Source: Lepidodermella squamata (taxonomy: Eukaryota; Animalia; Gastrotricha). From it: a stretch of DNA of 64,000 nt. Each line of letters opens with the position of its first letter. Position 1 is the stretch's first letter. The DNA is taken from positions 1,736,001 to 1,800,000 of the forward strand of contig JBLDXI010000055.1 in the NCBI GenBank assembly GCA_047495785.1, read 5' to 3'. Positions 51,704 to 64,000 of the stretch are shown piece after piece. The notes below the pieces were generated by a model. That model searched no databases. It was given only the letters and a program-made list of their open reading frames with translations, and was not told the DNA's origin. Both the position numbers and the translations under genes were made by a program.

Positions 51704-53126
51704 CTAACTCGTCTCATCTGACCGACTGAATTGAGCAGATGCAGAGCTGCCGCTGCGATTTTCCTTCGGGATTATACTCATGTTTGTAAAATTTGTGAGA
51801 TGCGATATATCAGCGCACTTGACGGTCACAATATGAGTAGCAGGATGTTCGATGCGGTGGTCATACTCTAGTAGCGGGATGAGAAAATCGTATTTACACA
51901 ATCCATATGTTAGTAAGGGGTTGCCATACCTGATTGTGAGCGACATTGCGTTAAATCGTAATTTGCGGCTATTACAGCAGCTACATCATTCGGCACATAG
52001 ACTGGTATTTCGGCAAAGCTCGACCGGCGTAGAGGGTATATCAGGCTGTACGGATACTACATCATTAAATAAAATAAAAAATTAGGTGAAGTCAATCTTG
52101 ATTTTTAGCTAAACAAACTTCGAAATTCGGCGCTGAATAATCTTGAGACATTTTTGTGAACTCTTCGCCAGTTTGAAACGGCCAATATCCTGTGACTAAC
52201 TGCATAAACTGCATGTCAACAAACGGCCAGCGCCAAGCTCGTGGCGGATCTTCGATCGCGTAACTGTTATTTTCTGTCGCACCGAAGCATTTCAGCTTAC
52301 GCTGATGGGCGACGTAGACAATTTTATGCGAAGAATATTGTTTCATAGCTTCCGTAAACTTGGAAACGTAGCCGTCAATCTAAGACAGGAATAAGTTGCT
52401 TGCATTTTTGGTCAAAAAAAGTTGAAACCTCATAGTCGAATTCAGTCAGTAGCGCCAAATCTGTGGAATGATTAGCGAGATAAATCCTATTGGTCAACTA
52501 AATTTCGCTTTAATATACCCACATCGTCGTCCCATGGAATGAACGACTGGTTGTGTCGATAATAGCCGATAAGACTGCCGCCGTACAAAAAGTAGTTCAA
52601 TCCGACCTTCTCGATTAGTTCTACACAAATTCGAGTGGTTTCGATTCTGTTACAGAAATAACGCATGAAAGCAAAATATGACTTGAAAATATATTGGTTA
52701 CAAATTTTGCCGATCTGCCTCGCTGAGTTTCGGCGAAAAGTAGTGCTTCAATGCTGCCTCGCGCATAGACTTTCGTATCGCCTCATTGCTTTTCGAAGAT
52801 TCGTCTGCTTTGCTCGAAACAGAAGCCGACTCCTCACTCTCAAGGTTACTGGACTGCTTGGACTGATTGGAATCTTCAAGCCACCAGTCAATGAGCGTAT
52901 CTTCATCAGTCAATGCAGAGCTTCTCTCAGGAGTAACGTGGTGGTGGACGAAAGGATGCGTCGATTTGGAATGAGAAATGGCAGAAATAATTATGAAGGA
53001 AGCGTAGAAAAGAGTAATGACACCGGCAATGATGAAGAAAAAACATCGCCAATCAGCACACGATTGGCTACTGTCTTGATAATGGTGATGCAGGTGATGA
53101 TACTGATAAGGTCGCGATGACTTCAT
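51704..53126 (-). CDS. LicD/fukutin-family type II membrane transferase 4 (intact motif), 6 exons
   Basis: TM; YFLYGGSLIGYYRHNQSFIPWDDDV|DLAL; WRWPFVDMQFM; IYPLRR; YDHRIE..VKC. Confidence 0.88.
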
Positions 53127-54894
53127 GATTTATTGAGGCCGAATACTGGACCTGAGCGACAATTTACAAATCTCAACAACAGCACCCAGATTTTACTATT
53201 GCAAGCATTCGATCTATAATTCAAAACAATGCAATATTAATAAAGAAAATCAGTATTCCACACGTCCTAATCGAATGCGAAATGATCCGCATGTACACGG
53301 AGTGGCAAAGATGAAGCAGTTATGGGAAAACCATAGGGACTACAGCAAGACTTGGGCAGGCGATCGATTCGAACGATAATGTCATTAGCAAAGTGTTTCG
53401 AAAGGAACCCTTGAGACCAGAGCCAAAATTGGCAAAAATCGGCAAAATCTAATGAGACGCCGGCGGTGGTTGAGCAAATACTGCAAGTGCATATGCTTGT
53501 TTGGCGATAGATATCGGCCGTAAACAAGCTCATTAAGAATAGCTATAGGAGCGATTTTTACAGTACTATAACGAGATTTCTTATAAAGCTCAAAAAATAG
53601 AAATCATATTTTGTGCTCGTGGTGCGGCTGGACACGAGCTGTGATCGTAGTAATCGCCGAAAATGCAGTTGTTGCGCCGAAGCATGACGCCGTGACGGTG
53701 CGCCAGACAGCGCACGTGCTGCCCATGTTCAAAAGAAAAAACTGCTAGTAGATTCGCTGCTGAAATACGCGAAAGATAACATGATATCCATTCTGATCCT
53801 ATCAGCAATACAGTGTCTTTATTTAAAGGTATACCTGTCAAATCGAAATTTTCAATTAATGTCGGGAATCAGGAAAAAGTTGACCAAAGGATAGAAGCTG
53901 GAAATATGTGATCAAGGGCCTGCTAAATCACACTGACTGGTCAATTTATAATGGTGAAGAAATCATGAGCATTGTATTTTATTTTTATAGGCAAATACAT
54001 GAGTAAAAACGATAGCGCACTACAGCAACACTCGAATTACAGGTGGCACGTGCGATTGAATGAAGTAGTTGTATATCAGGTCATCCATGGGTTTAATGTA
54101 AAGCGCTATATTTGAGCACGCAGATTACAATGTGATGGAGCTATAAAAGCCTCTGAAACTAATTTCAGGGCCTCTAATCTAGGGTAGAGGCTAGCCACGC
54201 AAATGCAGTGGTTTAAGATTTGGAATATGGTTTAAGAGTTTTTTAATATTTCTATTCGCAATCGATTTTACGCGGAAAGCTCACAGCATTTCCACCTGTA
54301 ATGTCAGCATAATTATTACACGCTAAATTGAAAATCTATCGCGATTCCATGGGTCAGTAGAAGAATGAATAATGAGGAATGGGCCGATCGCCTGAATTTA
54401 ACTAGCTGCCGTTGTATACGCAGAACATTACCTATCGGGGTCGCAAATCACACGGAGCCACTAAAATATGATACGGAATAAAGATTTAAGACATGTAGTT
54501 TTGTTACAATCGAGCTTTCATTCAATTAATACAGATATCGAGGAGTTTTGCATCAAATGAGACAGAAACATACATTTCAGAAAAGGTATAGGTAGATTTT
54601 CGCATTTTCGTTTCTGCCGCGCAGATGGTCTCGTCGATCATTTTTTATGGGTTATACCTAGTGTAAGATAAAATAATTTTACGGTGTAATCTTTCGTACA
54701 TGAAAGGTAATATTGTATAACAATTCATAACATTTGAGCTGGAATCAGTAAGGAAATGCCAGATGGCTGGTTTTCGGTTTACATAAAAGCAAAAACGGGG
54801 TTCCGATAACGTAGTCAATTTTTTCCGCTTGAAAATGGTTATTGGTGGAGTGCAGAGGGTCCTAAAATCGAACTCATAAAAAAACCCGAACTCG

Positions 54895-54960
54895 ACATAA
54901 CCCCAACTCTAACCTTGACCCTGAGCCCTAACCAAACGCAAACCCTAAGCCCTAACCCCA
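54895..54960. repeat. Degenerate (TAACCC)n telomere-like tract
   Basis: aaccccaactctaaccttgaccctgagccctaaccaaacgcaaaccctaagccctaacccc. Confidence 0.6.
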
Positions 54961-56047
54961 ATTCCTTATCATCTCTTTGCTAAAAAAAACTTTTTATAGA
55001 TAGAAAATATATATATGAAAGGTTGTTTTGTCATAGTTAAATATGTGTGAAAGGTTAAAATTTTATACATTAATAGAAGTTTTTTGATAAAATCAATGTT
55101 CAGGTAATCACAACCGTGATTGGTTGCCTTTAAGAGTAGTTAAATTTCCGAGTATTTCCGAGTTGAAAATGTGTGTAATTTCATTTGTACCCCAGTAAAA
55201 TCCCTCTTTCCACAACAGTTGTATAAATATTCGTCAGAAACGTTCCAGCAAGTCTCGTTTTTTATTCCAAAAATGAAGGAAAATTTGTCTACACGAATCG
55301 AAATAAAAACCGCGCTCGACTCGTCAGTGTCACGAGATGGGCGTACAACCTGTCCGTATGTAAAAACAGCGACGGAGGAGAAACGCTCAGCTCTCAGCTA
55401 TCCAGCATCGAGGGTTAATTCTGCTGTCGAATATCAGCACATTTTTTGTGCTAAGATATGTTAATTGTCCATCTTCAAATTTCAGGTATCGACAAAAAGC
55501 AGAGAGCAGATATATCGCAAAAACCATTTTATTATGTCACGATTAAAATTATTCGAATATTCGCTCTAGACTCTTCAGTCATATATTATATTATTTCTCA
55601 ACTGCACTGGAAGCATCAATAAATAAATTATATATAATAGACTATTTTCAGAGATTGTGACGAATAAAATAACAACCCGGCTAGAGAAATAACCAGCGAC
55701 AAGTGGAAGGCGTGCTAGAAAAGCGATTGAAAGCTCAACACTTCTCTTGAAGACGAGAAGCTCATGGTCAGATTGAGGCAAAATGTATTCTAAAAGAGGA
55801 GGAAAAACGCGATCTTGGAAGTATATGGGTGGTTTTTCCGAGTAGTCGGAGCTGCATGCCCTGAATTTAGCTCAGTGAAGCTCTGAGGGGACGAATATGA
55901 TGGCAGAAAATGACGAGCCCTGAAAAATCGTTGAGATCCAGGGCTCAAAACTGTCACCATGCTGCAATCGGCAAGGGATACGATACACGCAGTTCACTTG
56001 TCACTGGTCACTTGATCAGTTAAATTTAAAATTGCAATCCACACAGG

Positions 56048-57546
56048 CTAGACTATGAAGTTAGGAAAGACCTTTTGGCACAGGAAAGCTCTAAGCGTAT
56101 AATTTTTATCCAGCTGGGAGAACTTGACTGGGTGCAGGAAAGGCAACGTCGAGCGCGCCGGGTCGTAGTAGCGCCACGGCTGTTGGCGTGCCGTCGCGTT
56201 CCACAACATCGCCTGGCTGTCGGCAATAGGCACGTAAGCGCCTCGCCGCCGAGAAACAAGGCACGCCAACGCCGTTGGCACAGCAATCTCAGCGTGCAGA
56301 GAATGGCGCCGAAAGATACCTAGCAGACGCGCTAGTTCGTCCAGCCGCGCAAAAGGAACATACAAAACGTCGGCAGGTATCTCTCCAACAATTGCTGCTG
56401 TTTTGCCATCGGGCATTGCGGCGCCGTCCATTACAAGTTCTGCTTGCCCTCTTAGAAATTTCCAACAATCGGCATACGTAGCTGCAGCGTCGATGCGCGT
56501 CACCAGCGAAGCGTTTCCAACTTGTCGAATAGTCGCGGCCTTGTGTAGATCAACCAAAGCCGCCGCAATGTTTTCGCGATAACGAGCGTAGTGGCCCCAA
56601 AGATGCGAAGCCCGAGTAGCATTAGTTAGCCGGCGAAGATTTTGCCGTCCGACAGCGGAAAACGAACGCGTGTCCCCAATTTCGCTGAAGCCGTATGTTC
56701 GCGGTTGCGAATCGCCAATGAAAAAAGGCGAGGCATGAGCATCAGCGCTGGCGACGTACAGACCGCCGTTGTTCATTGACCAAAGCTTGTTAGTCATCGA
56801 CGCTACACCGCCGCCTCGGTGAACGACGGCGAAATTCCACAAGTTGAAAATAACATCGTCCTGAATACCTAAAACACCCGAAAAACCGTGATGATTCACC
56901 CGTTTCGCCGCAGTGTCATTTATGTAGTTCGAACCGAGTGCTGCACTCAGCTTGTTCCAACACTCGTAACTTCGATCGTCTTTCGATCTTAGGTAGCCGT
57001 CGAACTCGAGTATTAAGTACTGCTTTCTCGAAATATGTTTCGTTGCGTTTAACCACTGATCTTTGTGATGGGTCGATATACAAAATGCGACACGGCCGAA
57101 AAACCGCCCATACATAAACTCCAGTGCTCCCAAGCTGTCGAAGGTCGGGTTCAAGTAGGTTATCATGAGCACCATCCGCTTGTACGCTGGTAGTTTCATG
57201 CGCAAACGGTCTCGATTGCGTTTCAAAACTGAAGGCGGTATTTCGAAATTGCGGCCAAAGTGTTTTGTGTCGCTGCAAACTTTGCCAAAATAGTTGGTCG
57301 AATCGATGTTATTTTTGTTCTGAAGAATAAGTTATAATTTTGAATTTGCAGACAAGACCTTCGAATTTTTGTTTTTAAACGTACCGTATCCTTCGAGGCT
57401 TTAAACATGGTTATTGTTCTATGAATTTGGACCGATTTATTGGCTCGCGCTACGACGTCATCAACAGGTCCATAAAATGAGGCGATGAGCAAAGCAATTG
57501 AGCTGATGAGCAGGAACCCGATAAATATCGAAGCGCAAGGTCGCAT
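56048..57546 (-). CDS. STELLO/DUF288-like glycosyltransferase (C-terminal STELLO-type domain), type II membrane, 2 exons
   Basis: TM after ATG 57546; one intron in frame; VLMITYLNP..LEFMYGRFFGRVAFC, GVLGIQDDVIFNLWN, ADVLYVP, F...LHAEIAVPT, LHPVKFS are recalled STELLO motifs. Confidence 0.75.
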
Positions 57547-57816
57547 GGCTATGGAGTTGCTACAACGCAAACAGCAGCGTCGTAGAAGAACGAATAAGCG
57601 GACGCAACACACGCTGCCAACCCACATTGACCTCGAGCAATAGATTTTTGCAAAAATTCACATCTAAAAATTTGAAAAATAATTTGATGTTGAAGCCATT
57701 CAATTTCTTTAATCCTTGATGATCATCATTTTCTTTGCTGAGAATATTATCGTAAAAAAACAGGTATAAAAAGCGGTCAATAAAAGATGCGAATATAAGA
57801 CTCCTCCAGTGGCGTC

Positions 57817-58913
57817 TCACTTGAGGTTGGTGAAATTGAAAAACGATTTGAGCGCTGCGCAGTCGACCGAAATTACAAGTGACGTTGGGCGCTCACGCTT
57901 GTGATCGTAGCCAGACGCCGAGCGGCATTCACTCATTTTGTAATTCTTCGAGACGGCAGCTGAAACATTGAACGGCACGTATACTGGGATGTTCGCTTCT
58001 GTAAAGTTGACCCGCCTGAGCGGATAGATGACATAATCTGGATACTTTTATGCGTAGAAAAAAAAGAATTCTAAATGAGGGAATTTAATTGTTTTGGAGG
58101 GCTCACCAAAAATGAAGTCGATGAAAAGTCTTGAATAATTTTGTTCGCATTCGGCTTCGTGCCATTGTTGATTTCGCGCATAAACTGAAGATCAATGAAG
58201 GGCCATCGCCACTGTCTCCATGTGTCGATGATGTGAGAGTTGTTCGCCAATTTACCGTAGCATTTATAGCGCCGATGGTGGTGTACGTAAGTAAGTGCAT
58301 AGTTTGGATATTTTTTAATTTCCACATCCATTTTTTGAATATAAGCTCGCACTTCCGATTCGGATTTGGTCAGCAGTGCAATGTCTGCATCGTCGTCCCA
58401 CGGAATCAAGCTTGCGTTGTGCCGGTGATATCCTATTAAAGTTCCGCCATACAAGAAATATTTGAGGCCAACAGATTCGACAACTTGAAGGCAAACGCGC
58501 AAGGTGTCCAACAAATTGCGCCGATCGGCCGGGCTCATTTTCGGTGCAAAGAAAAAGCGCAAGGCCCGATTGCGGTAAATCTCGGTTTCATTTGGCGAAA
58601 GCGACGCTGGGTCGAAATCGGCGCTGTTTGGTGGCTTGGTGGTGGCTCGAGTCATTTCAGCCTTGGTTATACGGAGCCAGGCGTTTATCAAGCCAATCTT
58701 GTTGCGCTCGCCGTCCAACTCGCCTGTGTCACGTGATCTAAGCAGAAATCCAAATGAAAACTGGCCGTCGCTGCACATCCACATGAGTAAGATGGCGAAT
58801 AAGTAAACGGCGCTGATGGCTAACGCAGTTAATCCGAAAAGGCGACGCCAACTGGTGAAGTAGGCGAAGCCAAAAAGCGGCGAAGCTGAGCGGCGCGCGA
58901 AATCATCTGCCAT
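57817..58913 (-). CDS. LicD/fukutin-family type II membrane transferase 5 (intact motif), 2 exons
   Basis: TM; YFLYGGTLIGYHRHNASLIPWDDDADIAL; WRWPFIDLQFM; exon 2 IYPLRR..YDHKRE..VDC; TGA at 57817. Confidence 0.9.
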
Positions 58914-59915
58914 ATTTGATGTTATGCTGTGTCACGACTGCGCTTCGATTCATACCCAGTACGAAAAATTACATGGTAACATCTATATATGATCAGGAAA
59001 TTCGGAACTTCAAATGACGATGAATTGCTTTTCAAATTTTAAGTATTGTCGGTAATGTTTGCTTTTTTAAACATGTACGGGCCTTTATAATTGAGGGTTA
59101 TGTCAACTAAAAAATGCGCGATTAGAATGTGGTTCATGAACCTTTGATCGAGTCTTCTGAAGCTTTAACCGCGTAAATAACAATATTAGGTGGAGCGATG
59201 AATGGTGCGTTGTATACTTCCGATTATCGGCCGCATCGACACGCACTTGAGCGCGTAGGAATAAACAATTATTAGCTGGCGGAAATTGAAATAGCTAGAA
59301 ATGTGTTGCCATAAGGCAGGAATGCGAATTCATGAAACAGATTAGCTAAACCGCGCCAGTTTTAACCGCACAAACTGTTGATCTGCCGATGAAAATTATG
59401 ATATTGTTAGTCGCCGGTACCGAGCAACACAAACGCATTTTGCCGGCCGCTCTTCACTCGCCGCCGCCAGTGAAAGATCTGGCTGGACTTGGTAGTAGCC
59501 ATGTGCTAACGAAGCAAAAGCGCGTTTGGCCTCTAAATGTTGTAAATACCTATAACTGCAATGATGCTTTCGATGCTTCACTGCAATTCGACGGCTCGAT
59601 TAACGCCCGGCAACGGTGACTGATTTCACGAAGAACAAATAAACTGTTTGCTCCGCTCTGTTAACTAATGCTAGAAACAGCGGAAACATTGATACATACA
59701 GGCGTACTTGACTGAGCAGGGTACATTTCACAGGCAATAACAATGGGTAGGTGCAATGCGTAAAAAATGAACACAAAAACGGGCATGCAAATTAGGTTTT
59801 TTTTTACTCGAAACAACATGAAATAATAATGAAAATGTATAATCACGCGGGAAATCGGTACACCAACAAATGGATTCAACGACACAAGCATGGATCAAGG
59901 GTAGGAAGAACAATT

Positions 59916-62330
59916 CTACGCTGGCAGGCTGAAATAGCCGCTCGAGAACGAAGCTTTAACGAAAGTCGTCGGTTTTGCGCCGCGGTCGAGCATGTGATCA
60001 AATTCGCAGTTGATCGGCGAGTTGGCCAGCGCTGCGTTCAGATGGCCGGCTTGTGATTTCGGCTGCCACGTGTCGGCTGTGGCGGCGAACGAGCGGCCAC
60101 TCGCAGTTAGGCTAGCGAAGACGCGATGCAGCACGAAGGGTGGCAGGGGCAGGCCGCCGGTCAAATTTATCGCCAAATCGGGCGTTGCCGCGGCGTTGTT
60201 GATCGAAATCCGGACCTAAACATGCAGAAAGTTTAATAACCACTACGACAACATATGGTTCGAGGAGTTTAGTTTAGGAACTGTCGATAAGCGAGGGTGA
60301 TGGCCTCTCCCTCTCTCTGATTACTACTTTGCATAAGAGTGCTCATAAGGCGGCTATGTGTATGTAAGTAAGCGAATATCTTTCTTGTCTCATTGGCACA
60401 TGCGCGCTATTGATTTTTCATTTGGCATGGCGACGAATCGATTGGATGCGAGCTGAAATGGAAATGAGACATACGCGGAACGATGTCAGCGTGGCGCAGT
60501 CGAAAGCAATTGGTGCCAGGAGCGCCGGCAGCGGAAAACGGCTGCTGCCGCTCGCCACGTCAGCTTTGCTCGTCACGATGCGTTTCGCTTCGATGGGCGT
60601 CACTGTGCGGTCGGGGAAGCCGCGCGATTCTATCAGAAGATTTACAAAAGTCAACACAGACCGGCCTCGGATCAACACAGCTCGAATCACGGGCATTCTT
60701 AAAAATATATATAAAAATTTAACGCCTGAAGACTGCGTATCACCAACAATGCCGGCCTACTTTTTCTTTTCCTTGGCTTTGCCATCAGCTTTCAAGTTTT
60801 CAAGAATCATCGATGCGACTCCGAGCTCTTCAAAATACTGCAACGAATCGGCTTCATCGTGAGCTTCCGCTTTATCCGCGTCGTCGTCTCCGTCCATCTC
60901 AAAATCTTCATCTCCGTTTTCTTCACTGTCCGCTATTGTGCTAGCGTCACTTTTCGACGGTTGTACTTCGGCTCCATGTTCGTTGATAGATGAAAAATGT
61001 ATCTCTATAGGGCGACTTTAGCGAAAAATTTGATTGAAAAAATATATGCGTACTTGAGTTTCTCAGCCAAGAGATAATGCCAGGTGGAGCAGGGGCTATT
61101 GCAGCCACCAGTTTCGAGAACGGATTTCCTTCCGCGGTTTCACCGGGCGCATCGTTACTGCTGCTAGCAATGAGAGCGGTGATTCGCTCATCAATTATGT
61201 AAAAATAAGGACAAGACTGCAACTTCGTCAGATGAAAAATCGAAAGAAGGCCAGATAGCCTGTAAGGCATTGCAAATAAAATCAAGTGACGGAAGTATTC
61301 ACTCCTACCCACCATTTCGCGTTAAGCTCTTTAACAAAAGATTCGAGATAGCTATTGTGTTCCAAACCTCCGGGTCTGTAGTTAGAAGAGGAAACTGGTC
61401 ATAATGAATTCGAAGGACGCAAGGCCTAACCGTAACCCTTCAGCGGATCGAGCGTTCTTCGATACTAGACCGTTATTGAGCAGAGACGTGCACGAAAAGC
61501 ACCACATTTTTGAGGCAGCTCTAACAGATGATAAAACTGATGCCAAAGTGATATCCGGATTCGCCTTGAATAGCTCTTAATAGAAATTGTGTAACCTGTA
61601 AAAAGTATACAAACCGCTCTTCTTGATAATGAATAAGAATCTATGAACGCTGCGACGCCCCGTGCCATCGCATCCGAGTCGCTGCACTTCCGCACAGTCG
61701 CCAATACATCATCATCTTCAGGTCGCAAGGACAGGTTAATCGTCAAAGCTATTTTCAAGCTCCAGTCGTGGGGAAGTCTCGCAGATTTCACTTCTTCTGG
61801 GACCTGTTAAACTATCAGGTAAAATACATGAGCGCACAACAACTCATCAAGCAGACCAGAGTTCGATTCCCGATAGCAGATTGATTTCGAGCATTTTCTG
61901 CCGATTTTAACAGCGCTTGTAAATTAGCAACTGACAGTTCAGGGTACAAGCGAGTCATTTCGGCAAGCATGTCGTTGCGGCCAGCAACGACGTTTCGTTC
62001 CACTGACGTCTGCTCCACAGGATGGCTGGCTTCTGTCTGATTATCGCCAACAGGGTTCTGAGGAAACGGGTCATCATTGTACTGAGGGATTTGGGCGTTC
62101 TCCCCACCGACTTGGCCATCTTGACGATAAACGTACGGACAGTTTTTTCGCTTGATTTGGACGGCAAGAGGTTCTAGAATTAAAAACAAGTTAGGGTTGA
62201 TTAGTAACAGCAACGGGCTCAGACCAGGTTGACCATTAAATCCGGACACTGCATTCGCAGGTCTTTTACGATTAACATTTATCCGAACTTCACAAGGTCG
62301 CAAACCTCCACCGCCATGACCACCATTCAT
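59916..62330 (-). CDS. DONSON: Downstream neighbour of SON (replication fork factor), multi-exon
   Basis: Spliced model gives RLPHDWSLK, W|LSGLLSIFHL..SCPYFY, an acidic tract followed by YFEELGV, LIRG..LTFVNLLI, LPALLAPIAFDCATL, LTGGLPLPPFVLH. These match recalled DONSON motifs (LPVDWSIK, CPYFY, WLEEMGV, PPTLLSPVAFRGAT) in order. Confidence 0.85.
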
Positions 62331-62741
62331 ATTCAAACTCTATCAATCTTTCTACAAAGAAGTCAGGAACCGATGTAAATTACATTTACAAAATAAACTT
62401 TAGGAATTACGAGATGGAGATAATAAGAAGCCTAACGCATTATCAACATGTTCAATCATCAATCATTGAGCTAAACAATGGTCATTCTTCTTACTTGGGT
62501 CATCTTACCAGCTTAGTAACAGATGAGCGCGCCCAGGCAGTTTGGTGCGTTGCCTTATTGCGTTACCAGATTCACCTTCGTGTTCTGCTTTTGTCAGGGC
62601 TTTCGGAAGTTGGTTCTTATAAGGATCTTTGGGTTTTCAGCGTGATTGAACGCATTTCAACGAGGCGCCCCGAGAATAGTATTATGAATCGAGATTCATT
62701 CTCTTGCACAATTGGCACGGGTCAACCTTTCAGGGCACTCC

Positions 62742-62803
62742 AAACCTAACCCTAACCTTAAACATAACCCATAGCATTAACCCTAAACCAAACCCCAAAC
62801 CCC
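62742..62803. repeat. Degenerate (TAACCC)n telomere-like tract
   Basis: aaacctaaccctaaccttaaacataacccatagcattaaccctaaaccaaaccccaaaccc. Confidence 0.6.
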
Positions 62804-64000
62804 TGCCAAAATGGAAGTTTCGTCGCAGCTGTCTCCCTCGACCTTAGAGAGGCATCCCGATTCACGATGGCATCTAGCATCGTTCACAGCAGTGTTGCAG
62901 GTTTCGCGTTCAGTTTATTTACAGGTTTCGACGAAAAAGCAAAAGTTGTCTCTATTTTTACATTTTTGAATTTCGAGCTATACAAAATACCGGGTATGCA
63001 TGACATATACAACAACAAAAATACTACAAAATTAATATTAATAATAACTAAAAAGGTCTGAAAAATTGTAAATATGTCACGTGACCTCCCACGTGAGGTG
63101 AGTCGGCCTTCTTTGATGGCAACCGCCACCTTGAGATGGCTCACACTCAGGCTGGAAAGACGTATGCGAAACCTAGTATGCCTTCACGTGGCTCCATGTC
63201 GAAGCGCCCGTCGAGCATACAGAGTTGTTTACCGACAGACCAGCTTTTGAAAGCACTTTTAATAGCAGAACATGAAGACTAATTCGATTTTATCGAGGAG
63301 AAGTAGGAGAAGTACTTGGCCCATCGCCTGATAAGCATGAAGTCTCTGGTGGGATATCTCAATAAACTGAAGTAGGGGCGCCGCCGTTGGCCTGAGCAGA
63401 CGACACGGTTTTATCCTCAGAGGCCGCTTGGGATTCACACGTGGGCCGCCATGACTCTCAATGGTTGTCTCGCTCGAGAGGTGGGGAAACCCACAGGTCG
63501 ATTGACAGTCTTCTGCGAAAAGGCTTAGATAAACTCGAGTTGGGTTCGGCACCACATCCAATGGTGTAAAATCTCCATTAGAGTGGGAGGAATCGAGAGT
63601 GGGTAGCCAGCTCACCCTCGAATCTTCCAAACCAGTCATCATCATCAGAAGTAGCTCCCCCACCTAACCTGTTACACCGCTCCCGCACGAATCCAACGTA
63701 CCAATACACGCATACATCCCTACATAAGCAGAGAGATTGCGATATGTCTAATGGCATACAGCATCATTGGAATAGTACGTGATTTTGTGTCTTATTTCGA
63801 AAAGCAACTTATAGGAACATTATATAACTGTGTAGAGAAAAGTATGGTTCTTGATCGTTTCTGTTTTGGCATGAAAAGATTTTATTTTGCAACCTTTGCC
63901 TCTCGGCACTCGCGGCGCGTTAACTCATGCCCGCATTTTGATCATGGATCCACGCATTCCAGCGTTTAGATTGGCTTTGAGATTGTCGTTAAGAGTTAAG

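Noticed and set aside
63070-63670. 134-aa minus-strand ORF and paired CACGTG E-boxes (GTCACGTGAC at about 63077)
   Set aside because: No family motif recognised; short palindromes alone do not support a regulatory call.
1-64000. Alternative genetic code, stop-codon readthrough, tRNA/rRNA/snRNA/SL-RNA genes
   Set aside because: Apparent ORF breaks in host genes are resolved by short spliceosomal introns. No RNA gene was recognisable by eye; a covariance-model scan would be needed to exclude small ones.

Overview
Eukaryotic, most likely invertebrate-animal, genomic DNA from a compact genome. Most introns are about 50-60 nt and GT-AG; there is one probable GC-AG intron. The ORF track therefore fragments most genes, and I rebuilt gene models by hand. 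From left to right: a tandem-duplicated VWA+DUF4537 (VWA3B/C11orf16-like) locus in which one copy appears split into two genes; a decayed non-LTR retrotransposon; M1AP-like; EFHC1; B4GALT7; a CD225-like membrane protein; a nest of MITEs; COQ3; a cationic amino-acid transporter; and a Myb/SANT-like (trihelix) transcription factor with a long upstream region. The right third is the most interesting part. SON (+) and DONSON (-) keep their convergent 'downstream neighbour' arrangement, but about 18 kb between them holds two truncated G-patch+dsRBD SON paralogues, five LicD/fukutin-family type II membrane transferases (two with eroded catalytic motifs) and a STELLO-like glycosyltransferase. Many co-directional genes are only about 100-340 nt apart, with a 3' splice acceptor just upstream of the ATG, which suggests SL trans-splicing and operons. 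I recognised no rRNA, tRNA or CRISPR. All family calls are from motif recognition, not database searches.
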